64,000 nucleotides of DNA from Gekko japonicus. Lineage: Eukaryota. Shown here in pieces: positions 1-12,300 of the stretch. Numbering within the stretch: the stretch's first letter is position 1; every line of letters starts with the position of its first letter. A program made the position numbers and the translations under genes. The stretch spans positions 62,001-126,000 of the forward strand of contig NW_015165885.1 in NCBI RefSeq assembly GCF_001447785.1, given 5' to 3'. The notes under the pieces are model-generated. The model did not search any database. It saw nothing but the letters and a program-made list of their open reading frames with translations, and was not told the origin of the DNA.

Positions 1-3000
1 ACATGCTCCACTTCTACTGAAATCAGTGCTAAATTCCCACTGTCCTCGGTCAACCTCCTAGCTTGTGCCACACCTCCTTCATATATCAAGGTACTTATAT
101 AAGCCCCAAAGTTTTGTTACCTGGATTGTTCCTTGGGTGGGGATCCATAGCTCCAGCTGGTGAATTGTGCTGCTATGTAATGCTCTCGGAGCCGAGCTGC
201 TCTCACAGTGGGAATCTCCAAATCTAGCCAGCCCAAGGCCAGGAACGTCAAGAGAAGATGCCCACAGGAACTTAGGAACATGGTACAAGCTCCCATGGAT
301 ATTGTTCTGCTGAGAGACAGATGAGGTATATACAGTTCCTGCTGCAGCTTGCAACTTCCCCAGGAAAACTATATCCTCTGTGGCTGGTGTTGCAAGGGAC
401 AGTGGTGCTGGCAACGCTTAGGTCATTGCTCTTTTCCTCCTCCCCTCCCACTTTTGAGAGGGTCACAGAAGAATCAGCTGCTGATTTCTCTGCAGAGGGG
501 CAAATGGTGCAAAGCAAGCTCCACTCTACAAGGCACAGCAGGTGGTTTAACTGGGCCATTGCCCACCAGAACAGTAGCCAGCACTCATGTGGATCCATTT
601 AGGTCAAGAGGAATGCAGAGCCCACCTTCATAAAAGCTTCGGCCATTTCTCCTGTTGTTAAACTCGTATTCTCAAGATGCCTTTTTATCCTCCCAACAGT
701 GGTCTGTGACAGGAATTTACTAGGCTTCCTAATGGTGTTATTTAGTGAAAAGGTATTCTCTGTTATGGAGCACACATGTACAGGGCATATCATTATTTGC
801 ACATTCATAACCATACTTTCCTAATCAAAAAGACAGACACAGCCTTACAAGACAGAATCACTCTAAACCTTACCACTTAAACATGTTCTTCTTTTACCTG
901 AACAAAACTGAGTGAATAGTTTACCTTGTTTTGTTTCATGTTTGGCAAGGATACTCTGTGTGATTTGACAGGGATGTCAGATAAAGACTGACTTGGGGTC
1001 CAGAAGGGCCTGCAGCCAGGTGGCTATCCCTGCAGGAAACCATTATCTCAGTCTTATGAAACATTCAATAACTTGTCATTAAGGAGCAAAGAGAAACTAA
1101 AGTTCTGTCCATTGACTTCAACAAAATGTCACACCTAAGAAGATGTTCAGTGCTTAAACACTGAAGGCCAAAGGAGAAATCTACTTTCCGACAATGAGCA
1201 ACAGAGGCAGTCACTGGAGCTTGGCACCTTAGTTTGTTTTGTTTTTTAAATTAATTCTGGAAGCAAGCATTTTGCGCAAGGGTAGTTGCTAAAGGATGTT
1301 CTACAGAGCTATTGGCATCATCATCATCAAACCATCTCATTTTTTTTTTGGGGGGGTGGCGGTTATTGTACCAGTTTGAAGACTGATGCCTTTGGAGCTG
1401 GGGGGTTGGCCTAACCTCTCACTGACCACTGCAGGAAGCCTACTCTGGTATGAACCTTCCTGTTTCTAGGTCCACCAATGAACCCCTGTGCAAGATTCCA
1501 TCTTGGATAGATGTAGCATTGGCATTCACCAGTAGCACAGCCACCTGAGCGGTGCTTTCTCATAAGGGAACGTTACACAGAAGAGATGTTAAGTGGTCCC
1601 CCCTCACCTAATTCTTACCCCGAGCAGGCAAAGATCATTTTGTCACCCAGCCTTTCATATTAGATAAGATCTATACCAGATAAAGAACTGGAAGGTTTCT
1701 GCTTGTTTTTAATTTGATAGTGTTTATTGTTTGTGCCTTCCTTGTCCCACTTTGAGAGCTTTCAGCTATACCAGTTATGGGGGAATATCAACTTTTGGGG
1801 GGGGGATCAGAGATGCTCATCTTCTGAATGAAACATGAGATAAACCTGATACTTGAAACTTTGTTCTCTATGCACAACTATCAAAATAATCATTAAAAAT
1901 ACTTGTTCTGAAAAGGCAAGAAGAATCCACTATAGCCTTTTTTAAAAGGAAAAGTTGATTTCCGGTCTATTTTCCTTACAGATGTAGTTTCTAAGATACC
2001 AGAAAGGTTTCCCCACAGCCTGTTTTCTTGGCATCATATTCAGGATAGTACATATATTTTCTATTTCTCCTTCCCCAATAATATTCCTCTCTTTTTCTTT
2101 GGTATTGGTTTGCGTATTCCCAATCTGAAGTGGACTAAGTACAGTCGTCTTTAAAAGGCCCTGGGTTCACACAAGGCTTTGTAGCTTGGGTGTTCAAGCT
2201 TCTGCCAGTCATCAACAATAGCCCTTGTAGGAAACCATCCATTTTATACCTGTTCTGCTGCCAGTCTAGATAACACAGGCATTTCAAAACTTTTAACAAA
2301 AAACAGGTACTCATTCTTCATACTGAACAACCCACATGAGGAACTCAACAAAAAACAAAACAACAACAACCCCTCTTGTATTGGATCCTGCAATGTGGAA
2401 GCAGAAAAATAAATGGAGTACAACAGTTTAACTTGCACAAGATTTTGTGCAACATCTAGTGCTTTCCTCTATATACTGCCCAGAAGTTAATTGCACAATA
2501 TCCTGAGCAAGGGGAACACAACTGGAAATACAATATGTTTGACTTAGTGCATGCGGCTACCATGGTCATCATCTTGCACTTCTGCTTACATAAGAGCTCA
2601 AGCACAAGCAGAAATTTTGCCAAAGATCAAACCCACTATAACTACAATAATGATTTATCAGATATTATTAGCTAACCTTTGTGCACCAGGGCATTTTTAT
2701 AAAGGTAATATAGGGCTATAGTATAACAGAATTGTTTTCAAAGATATTTTTACAAAGGGACCAGGAATGTCGTCTGTATTACTATGTATGGTATGTATCA
2801 TCTGTTTGTTATATGTATTAGCCCTGGTCTTACTGCATTACTTTCTACTTTGTAGTTCCAATTTTCTGCACCACTTGACATACCATGTCTGATACTTAAT
2901 ACTGCATCTATTTTTTGTAATTCTAGTCCTATTGCACTGCTTCTTAGAACTCTCATGTTGTTTGATTTCATTGTTTTACATCATGAAACCCACCTTGAAT

Positions 3001-3114
3001 CTCAGTGAGACAATAAAACAAAGGTTCAGTAAGGAGAAACACAATAATTTTATTAAATACCTTTTCACTATTCAGCATCAAAGCTTAATCTTAAAAACAA
3101 AAACCGTGCATTAA

Positions 3115-3397
3115 AGAGGAGGAGGAGAGGAGGAGACTGGATTTATACCCCGCCCTTCACTACCCAAAGGTGTCTCAGAGCGGCTTACAAACTCCTTTCC
3201 CTTCCCCTCCCCACAACAGACACCCTGTGAGGTAGGTGGGGCTGAGAGAACTCTTGACAGAAACTGCTCTTTTTCAAGAACAGCTGTGCAAGAGTTATGG
3301 CTTGCCCAAGATCATCCAGCCAGGTGCAAGTGGAGGAGTGGGGAATCAAACCCGGTTCTCCCAGATTAGAGTCCACATACTTAACCACTACACCAAA
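3115..3397 (-). mobile_element. Squam3-like tRNA-derived SINE
   Basis: Reverse strand: TGGTGTAGTGGTTAAG A-box head, GGGTTTGATTCCC B-box, CTCAGCCCCACCTACCTCACAGGG core, L2-like tail with (TCC)n. Confidence 0.85.
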
Positions 3398-4789
3398 AGT
3401 GTGCCCACACCTGCAGAGGAGAGGGGGATGGCAACAGGCATTTTAGTGGTGGCTCATTGGCTTTGGAATGCCCTCAAGGCTTTCCTGGCACCCTAAGTGA
3501 AATATTCGGCCACAATTAAGCCATTTTCACAACTGCTAAAGACAACTTAAAATATGTATACAGCCCACAAAGAAGGGCTGTTTCAGTTCCTCATTTATTT
3601 TGTCAACAGAAAGAAGTTGATGTTTACCAGCATCACACATACTAGCTCTTTAAAAAAAACCTAAATGGGAGACAACTGCTTGCCAGATTCATTGAAAAGG
3701 TATCAGTCCTGGGGAGGGATCACCACAGTCAGTTTAATGGACTGATATTACAATGAGAGCTATTGGGTAATATTTTATGTGGAATCACAGAAAACATCAT
3801 TTTGTGACATAAGCCACAACTTGGAAAAGGGAAAGATAGCACAATTTTACTCATGCAGCCACACCTGGCTTTGGTCACTACCATTCTGAGAATAAAACAT
3901 TAGTTTCTAAACTATGACACATCTGTTAGTTGACAAATCTTAGGGTGCAAGTTTGCCAGTTTCCGTGGAACACCACAGCAGAGATTCTAGATGACACCTG
4001 CAGCCCCTTCAGCTATTGCTGTAAAATAAAACTTCCCATTTATGAACCTAACATTTTTCTCCCAAAGAAGAAATAGTGTTGGTAAGAATTCTCCCACCAC
4101 AGAAGACCAAGAACTGATTATTTCCACTTATTGACAAAATATATTCTACTGACGCACACTGGCTGCTGGATGAAAAACAGTTGCTTCCTCTTCCTTTCAG
4201 CTGCCAGGATAGGGAGAAGGGGACAGTTTCCTGGAATACTCTCAGCACCAAACATTCCTTTGGGTGATTTCATTTCCTAACTTAAAGATGACAATGTGCA
4301 TTAAGCAGTTGGGGAAAACTGCAGGTATTTTTTACTGAAAGAGAAAGCAGCCATCAAATGAGCAGTTTTACAGACCAGGTCCTGTTGTCTTTTGAAGGCA
4401 AGATATGACTATTATCTTTGCAAAGAGAAATTCCGCGTTGGAAGAAAATTAAGCAGAAGCCCACTGTACGCATAGGGATGCATAGTCATACTACCTTCCC
4501 ATATATCCTGTTCAGTGCAGAACCAAAAGTGCAGTTATACAAAAGAGCATGGCTGTTGCTCTTTTGACATCAGCAAAAATTCTGCCCATACACAACTGGA
4601 ATTCAAATCCTTAAAACATTAAATCTTGGATAAACAAGGTTTGGGAACTTGCTAAACTATCCAAGTTAACTGAATTGTCTAAACTAAGTGATGATCAAGT
4701 TAATGAAGCGATTTCCCCCCCCCCCATTGTTGGAATAATGTGTTACATCTTGACACTGATATATTTACCCATTGTGCAAACTTTTCATA

Positions 4790-5310
4790 GAGCCGTAAAT
4801 GATGCAACTAGGGCAGTTTTGAAGCTTATTCAAGAAACAGGATTTAAAATCAATTGGGATAAACCTCAACTGGTGCAGAAGGAAGTAAAACACTTAGGGA
4901 TATGTCTGGGCTAAGAAAGAATGGCCTCAGATACAAAAAGATTGGAAGCTATAGGAAAATTGCCAGATGCAAACAACCAGCCCATTCTTTAAGAGCAATC
5001 CTAGGAATGTTAAACTTCTCCTGGGAGTGCATTGAAGCATTTGCTGAGAAAACCCACCCTTTAAGGGTTTTTTTGAAAACAAATCACCAATGGGAACGAG
5101 GTCCAAAATAGGCAGAGATAAGTCATACAACTGAAGCAGGATTCGGTTCAGGCTTCAACTCTGGCATATTATGGAATAGGAGAGCCATTTATAGTATGGC
5201 TGGCATCAACAGATGCAGCTATTGGAGCCACTTTAATTCAGGATCAGGATGGGAAACAAAGAGTGATAAGCCTAATGCTCATAGAGCTCTCAGTGGAGGT
5301 GAGCAAAATG
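4790..5310 (+). mobile_element. Degenerate Ty3/Gypsy-type pol fragment (RT C-terminus, connection domain, RNase H start)
   Basis: Across frameshifts: GFKINWDKPQLVQKEVKHLG ... LRAILGMLNFSWECIEAFAEKTHPLRVFLK ... STDAAIGATLIQDQDGKQRVI; contains stops and frameshifts. Confidence 0.8.
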
Positions 5311-6045
5311 TCATATTTCCCTTTAGGCCTTTTCAGGCTTTTGGGTTTCCAAGCCCTTAATGGCTTCCCTTTGGCTAGTTCTGTTTATATTTATATTATC
5401 CTAGACTTGCTGCGACTTGTCATTCAAATGTATTTATAAAAATGTAATAAATTAAGTGCAGTATGAGCTAGACACATTTCCCCAGCTTGTTCCTTTGACC
5501 ATGCAAAAGGCATGATCAATACTGGCCCAGTCTCAGCACTAGCACAGGTGCGACTGTGGGGGAAGGACAGGTAACTAGTACAGACATATCAACACGAATG
5601 TATGGCGAAGATCACATATCTACGCAGCCCTAAAATAAATATCTATGTAGATAAATCTACAAGTTACTACCGTGTACTACGGAATGTAACAACTCAGAAA
5701 TTGTATGACTTTCCCCCCACTATCACACAGGTATGTGAAATACCCATGTCTGACTGCAGACGCAGATAAGCATTATTAGAAGCAAGTCTTTCCAAGTTCT
5801 GTGGAATTTATGCCTATTAAGTGTGCTTTGGATTGCTACCACTTTTACTTTAAATTGCTCAGACCTAATTGGTCAGACCTTTAGTGACAAGGATTTAGCA
5901 TCTGTTAGGAACTGTTTTACAGGCAGTTTTAAATTACGGTTAAACAAGCTTTCAGGTGTGGTAAAGAAAAACACATAACACCTCTATCTACCCACAGCAC
6001 AGGAATGAAAAAGTAGTTTATTTTTATTTTTTACACATAAAGGTC

Positions 6046-6081
6046 TTTATTAAAAAGTAAGGCTGATAGTGGAATTTTATT
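6046..6081 (-). terminator. Candidate ATG3 polyadenylation signals (AATAAA)
   Basis: Minus-strand AATAAA at 6081-6076 and 6051-6046 (more near 6017-6028), about 140-175 nt after the stop codon. Confidence 0.6.
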
Positions 6082-6221
6082 TTGATGCATAAACTTGATA
6101 GAAGTGGTACATTACAGAAATTGTATACAATTGTGGATAAACAAGTCAGTCACATATGGGTTGTTCTTTTTTAAAAATTAGGATCAATAATTAGCATAAA
6201 TGTTCTCTCTCTCACCCCTAA

Positions 6222-6303
6222 TTACATTGTAAAGTGTCTTGTATAGTCATACTCTATTGTTGGAATGACTGCTTGTACAAATTTCAAAAAAATTAGAAGG
6301 TAC
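6222..6303 (-). CDS. ATG3: ATG3 exon 12, coding part ([26 protein letters not shown])
   Basis: CAG acceptor; TAA stop at 6224-6222. Confidence 0.97.
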
Positions 6304-9300
6304 CTGAATATTAAATTAAGGAAAGCAAACTGGATTGTTTCACAATCTTAAGTACACAGGAAAACTAAGCAAAGCACTTTTACAAGTGTCCTGAAATTTC
6401 ATCCTTCATCTAGAACCAATTATCTCTCAGGAAAAATCCAGCTCAGTAGATAAGATCAGTCTAGTACAACTTTTACATCAACTTCAAAATACTCAGACAG
6501 GTCTATGTAGCAATTTACTCTAATTACTACCACTGAAGTCAGGTGGATTTTGGCAAAGACACTTCTGATTTTTTTCTGCCTGCCATTTCTGTTCTATCAG
6601 TGTAGGCACAGAACTGCCCCCAGGAAATTGCACTCAGATTCTTGCTAACAAGTACAAACTCATTACACTTCTAGAAGACAGTACTTTATACCACTACAGA
6701 GCTACAGTGAGACCAAAGTCAGTCATGCCACCTCTAATGCTACCAGGCCTATTTGAATGCAGCAATACTTACTGAAGCTTGAACATGTAGGGGTCTTACG
6801 CACAGTTTGTACATATCCCAGCTTGGATTCCTTACAGTATTGTAGGCCTTCCATATACCTCTGGGTTTTTCCTGGCAGCAAAGCTGGCATGACTGCTTTA
6901 CAGACAACCTTTTTAAAATAAATGGGTATTGCTACATCACGATGGTGTTTAATGTTACAGCAATCACTAGGTTCCTGGCTTTAATTTTTTTTTTTTTAAA
7001 AAAAGTTTCTGCTACAGTTTGCACCTTTCACCTTACAATGTCACAATCCAAAGGGCTAAAGACTTTTTAAAAAACCCAAAAAACAGAAACAGGAGATCAT
7101 TGCAACAATGCTATTGTGATCTAGCAATACCTGTTTTTAAATGGAGCTGGGGCAGGAAAAAATGGGGATGTTTACCATGTGGAAATCCTACTGTCATTGT
7201 GCTGACCTGGCAGCCACAGGGAAAGCCATGGGAAATAAATCTTTGAAAAATGCTGGGGGTAGAAGAGCAGGGGAACACTTACTTTACACTTCACCAGGAC
7301 AAGATTTCAAAAACCGGAGAAGACATCACAAGCCATTTAACTCTTCTAAATCCTACCCAACCAATTCAATGGAAAGGATACATATGGACTCCAAGTTCTC
7401 CTCCGCCTTCTGCCACGGTTTCAATTATTTTCTTCATCACTTCTGCATGCCTGAAAACAATATCAACATTCTTCCTTAACTCAGTAAAATTAATTAGTTT
7501 ACTTATGGCTCATATGCAAGAACAGGGTAAATACTAGATGGTTTTCCAGAAGCAGAAATAAGCAAGGAGTTTTTTGGAGTTTTTTAAAGTTTGAACTGTT
7601 GATGCAACCAGCAATTGCTAATGTTCGGGTGATAGGAAAGAGATCTGCAATGATTTTTTCAATGCTGTTTTACTGTCATTAGAAATAGGACTGCAAAAAA
7701 AAAAGGAAAGAAAGAAAATAAAATATGGCAGCAGAGGATACTAGGGTGTAGTTGATGGACATATGACCCAACAAATTTCTGAAGCCAGACAAGTCTGGAT
7801 GGGAGACGTCCTGAGAATGCTGTATGGGACGCCCAGAGTTCCATAGTGGAAAGAAGGTGACCCACTCGTAAAATCTATGCCATGTGCTGACCGAATCCAC
7901 CAGGCTAGCCCCGGGCCCACTTATGTCTGCAGCACAGTGGAAAGCAGGGCCAGAGTGTGCTAACATCAGGCAATGACAGTCCTGTGAAGTGGACACTCTA
8001 ATACTGTACAGCTCCACACAAGCAGCCAAAGCAGACATCACTGCCTGGGTATATTAGCAATTAATATCCAGAAGCACCAATTTCCAATTTACATCTGGTT
8101 AAAAAAAATTAATCAATGCAGTGTTTTCACCATGGTGCTATTACTACAATACCAGTCAGAGCTGAAGCTGGTTTGTCAGGATTCATGTATGTTAGGGATT
8201 GGATCTAACAGTGTACTCCTCTAATGGCAGAGCATTTCTCTGGCAGATGAAGCACGTTCTTACTATGGAGGGCAGCTTGCACAACAAAGAAGTGTTCTGC
8301 CACTACGAGAATAGATCACAGCATCTAACCTTATGCTTTCAACGACCCCCCTGCCTACCCCAGCCCCAGCATTTTTAGAACTGAAATACAAGGATGTTCC
8401 CATACAGTGAGTATCTTTCTATCTACTCTACTGCAAATTAGATCAAGACAGGCTTTAGTGAACTTTTTAACTTTACAGAGCCCCAGGGAGTTTGTTACTC
8501 TCTTCAGAATACTGATATGTAATGTATTTGACAGTCATAATTGTTAAAGTTGCTGAGAATCTTAAAAGTGTTGATGAGGGAAATTGCTGTGCTGGAGATG
8601 ATGGATGTGATGATGGATATTTTCATGTATTTCTTCCAAACCTAAGTTTTTTTTGTCCTTACAGGGAAATGCAGGGATGCAATGAAGTGTATGACTGAAA
8701 AATGCAAACTTTCTCCAGAAACAGCTATCGAACACACAGCATTGTACAATCTCAAAAGTAGAAGAGTTGCAAAAGTTATTTGTGGAGAGCCATTGCTCTG
8801 CTGCAGATAAGCAGCAATTCTATGGAAACAGGAAGCAGCTACCCAGGTCTGCCCCCTATTTCTTATGCCCTTAGAAGAAGCTTTCATTTTTATACCATAC
8901 ATAGACACCCCCTTTTCCTCCACAACTCTTGTGCACAGATCATTATATATTTAGAATTCTCCCCTTGCATGAGCACATCAACACTGATAGTTGCTGCAGC
9001 CCCGGGAGAAGAGGCATCAATAATTCCTAATGCCACACTTTAGGTGGGAAAGCATTATCTCATACTAACACTGGGAGTCTGGCTTCATGAAAAACACAGA
9101 AGCTGACCCACAAAGTAGAGGCCAGTAGACTCCCAGCTAGTACTCCTCCTAAAACATGGAATCAAGCTTGGAATCATTCAGGCTTGCAGAAGGCAGATTA
9201 CCCGCTGGTTTTCTCCAACATTTAGTTGTTTAGATATTTGCTACTCTAAAGGGATAGCATTTTTCTCCGCAGAAAAATTCAATAAGAGTGACAGGACTTT

Positions 9301-12300
9301 AAAATGAAGGCTGTCAGGACACCAACATGTGACAAGCTGTGCAAATAGACAAATATGGTTGGGCAAGTTTTTTTTTTAAAGCTGGAACCTTTATTCAATC
9401 TGCTGTGGAAAGAAGGCAAACTATTCTTAACTGTCCTGGAAGCATCTGCCACCTTCTGGAGATCATGTGAAAAATGAAAGAGAACCAGAAAAATCAGTTT
9501 TGGCTGATTAGAACCCTGAAGTGCTTCATGTTACAGGGGATTTCAAAATACAGTAAGGAAGTGCTATGTGTTTTGAACAGTTATTCTGAAATTGTGGGAA
9601 ACCCTGTCAGAAGACAAAAAAGCAGCTTGACCGGGGAGTGGTGGTGGTGTCAAAACCAGAAAGGTCTACGTAGATGGCAAGATAGAGAGCTCCCGAACAC
9701 CAATAAAAGAACAACAATTTCAGCTAGACAGCCCAAGCAAACATTTCTCATGTAGCAGTTAATGAAAGCATTCCCTAAGACTCAAGAAATACCTGCATGG
9801 GTGAACTGAACACATTGGAGGTGGAGGAAGGTGGGGATGGTTTTCAATAGTCACAGTTTTTTTGACATGATCTTGACTAATATCTTCATACATATGTTCT
9901 ATAGTTAATGGCTGGCGTTGCTGAAAAGGAGAGAAGTAAAAAAGACAACATATGTAGCCTAGACTCTTCTTCTCTTAAAAGGAAACAGCAAAGCATCATT
10001 TGATCATAATCAAGTACCCTCATACATAATTTATTTTTCAGAGCAGACAAATCCATTTTGTTTTATAGATGAGGTGCCACTCTAAGCCCAACTAGAAAGT
10101 AGGATTCAGGTCCCTTAAACAAAATGCAATGACTAGGAGGCCACATTTGGAACTGCGATACCTCCAGTGCAAGTGCCACACAAGGAGAGAACTTGGCTCT
10201 AGACAAAGAAGTCAGTAACCTAATCTCAGCTTTTATTAGAAGAACAAGTTCGCAGCCCTTTAAGGCTATCAAGTATGTGGGCCACACTATAAAATGTTAG
10301 AGATGGGGCGGGGTGGAAATGAACCCTGAGGAAAACATTGAGGCACTTGAACAGGCTCCCTCCCTGTGTTTTAGAAGCAGAATTATGCAACGTCCAATGT
10401 GCATATATTATGCTTGGCAGTGTTTTTTCCTGGGTCTAGTTACCTTAGTACAGATTTTTTAATAGCAACTTCTAGAGGACACTGTCATGCACTTCTTTAA
10501 TTCTTGTCCAGAGGAAGTCAGACAGCCATAGGAGCAAAACATGAAAGAGCTTTGTAGCCTGGGGTAAAAGGCACTGGCAGAGGGAATATTTACTTTCTGT
10601 TTAGAATATCACTATGCCACCCTCTTCAGAGTCCTGCGTGAGGCAGCTTACAATTTAAAAAATTATTATAAGCAGGATTCAGGAGCAGCTTTTGTCTCCA
10701 GGAAGTTTTTTTTTTCAACTACAAAATTATAAGCAAGAATTAATCTTACAAAATTTAAAACAATCTCTATTTACTGCCTGTATGTCTACTGTAGGGGCAA
10801 GGAAACAAGACCATGAGCCTTACAAAGAAGTGCAGAAAATCTGTCTCCTTCCACTATATTGTGTACCGGGTCTCACATATTACTCCTAAAGCACCATGGT
10901 CTCATCATGTGCAGAAAGTTTGAATCTATGCTTCACACATTAGAGGAAGTGGGAAAGCAAATACACAAGTACCATACATGTCTACTTTCCAAGCTTCTCT
11001 AACATTTCAGTGACTTCCAAGTGTGAGCATGCACTAACAACACCCACAGTCCCCCAGCCCCACACATTTAAGTTCACAACTAAAAGCCCCACTGAGAAGC
11101 AGCAACACTGCGTTATGCACAAGAAAGCAGTGCATATACAAAAGCCTGCAGATACACATCAGAGATATTCTGTTAGTGTAGGAGTAAATTGCAGTTTCTA
11201 GAGTTAAGTGCTTATAATGCAAGGAACACCTACTACTCATTAAGAGAAAAGGTTGTCACAAAAGTGATTTGGGAACAGAAGGCTGGAGTACATTTGTTTC
11301 CACATGTTTGCATTGCCTTTGCTGCAATCCTGTTTGACTTCTTGACTGAGTCATTTAAATACAACCTATTGACAGTTCACTTAACTGATGGGATCTGAGC
11401 AATTTCAAAAAACAGTGTACCTCATCATAACCAAACAACCAAAGCCTTGGTGTTTGGTAGTATTTGTCATATGTGATATAAAGGTCATATGTCCTGGTTT
11501 GTAGAATAGCTTCTTCCTCTCCGACATCAGTTTTAGTCTTGGCAGCTTCTACTATTTTCCTTGTATCCACTGTTGCCTGATCAAGATTAAAGAATCAAAT
11601 TAGCAGCTGAAAATGGTCAGATGTTGCCTATTCCACCCTTCCTATTTAGTTCAGTGTCCACAGGGATTAGGTGTTTCTATGAATTAAGATAACAGTGCTT
11701 TAACTTAGTCCTTCAGCCATTTTCTGCTACTGAAACAGTCCTGAAATCAGAAGCAGGATTATTGTTGAGGTGGTGGCACAGGGGATTTATCCTCTGGTTA
11801 AACATCTGAGCTGAACAGGACTGCTGTCAGTTCTAGCCCCGCACTGGTGTGAGCAACCAGCCTTGTCCCCAGCTCGCCATCCACCCAGCGGTTCGAAAGC
11901 TTCGGCGAGTAGATAAAATGGGTACCACTTCTTAGAGAGAGTGGGCACAGTAAACCCCTGGTGAGGGTGGTGTTAGCCGACGAGCAGAAGGTCCGCGCGT
12001 AAGATCAAAAGCCGAGAGAGATTTACGCAGCATCAAAAAAGTAGCCTGTAATGGGCCATTCTGGTCAGACGGTGGCAGTGGTGCGCTGCGACTGAGAAAA
12101 ATGCTGACGACATCAAGCGACGCCGACTAAAGAATGCTGCCGGAACACGTCTGATGCTTACAAAACGCCGAGTGAGAATGCTGCCGGAACACGTCTGAAG
12201 CTTACAGCTGACCAAACTCCCCGTCGACTGCGAAAATGTGTGTGAATTAAAAAGATATGTATGTTGTCCTCCCTTACCCCAATCATTGTTAGTCCCGTGT

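Noticed and set aside
79-633. Overlapping ORFs as BTLA or another neighbouring gene
   Set aside because: No Ig-domain pattern or other recognisable protein; frames are interrupted by stops
3360-3397. tRNA genes at SINE heads (also 33444, 41842, 62333)
   Set aside because: They have A/B boxes but continue into SINE core and tail sequence, with no full cloverleaf
12090-12210. CRISPR-like repeat-spacer array or hammerhead in the SINE body
   Set aside because: Only 2-3 imperfect units with a 12-nt spacer in a vertebrate intron, and no cas genes. CTGACGA is present but has no correctly placed GAAA box.
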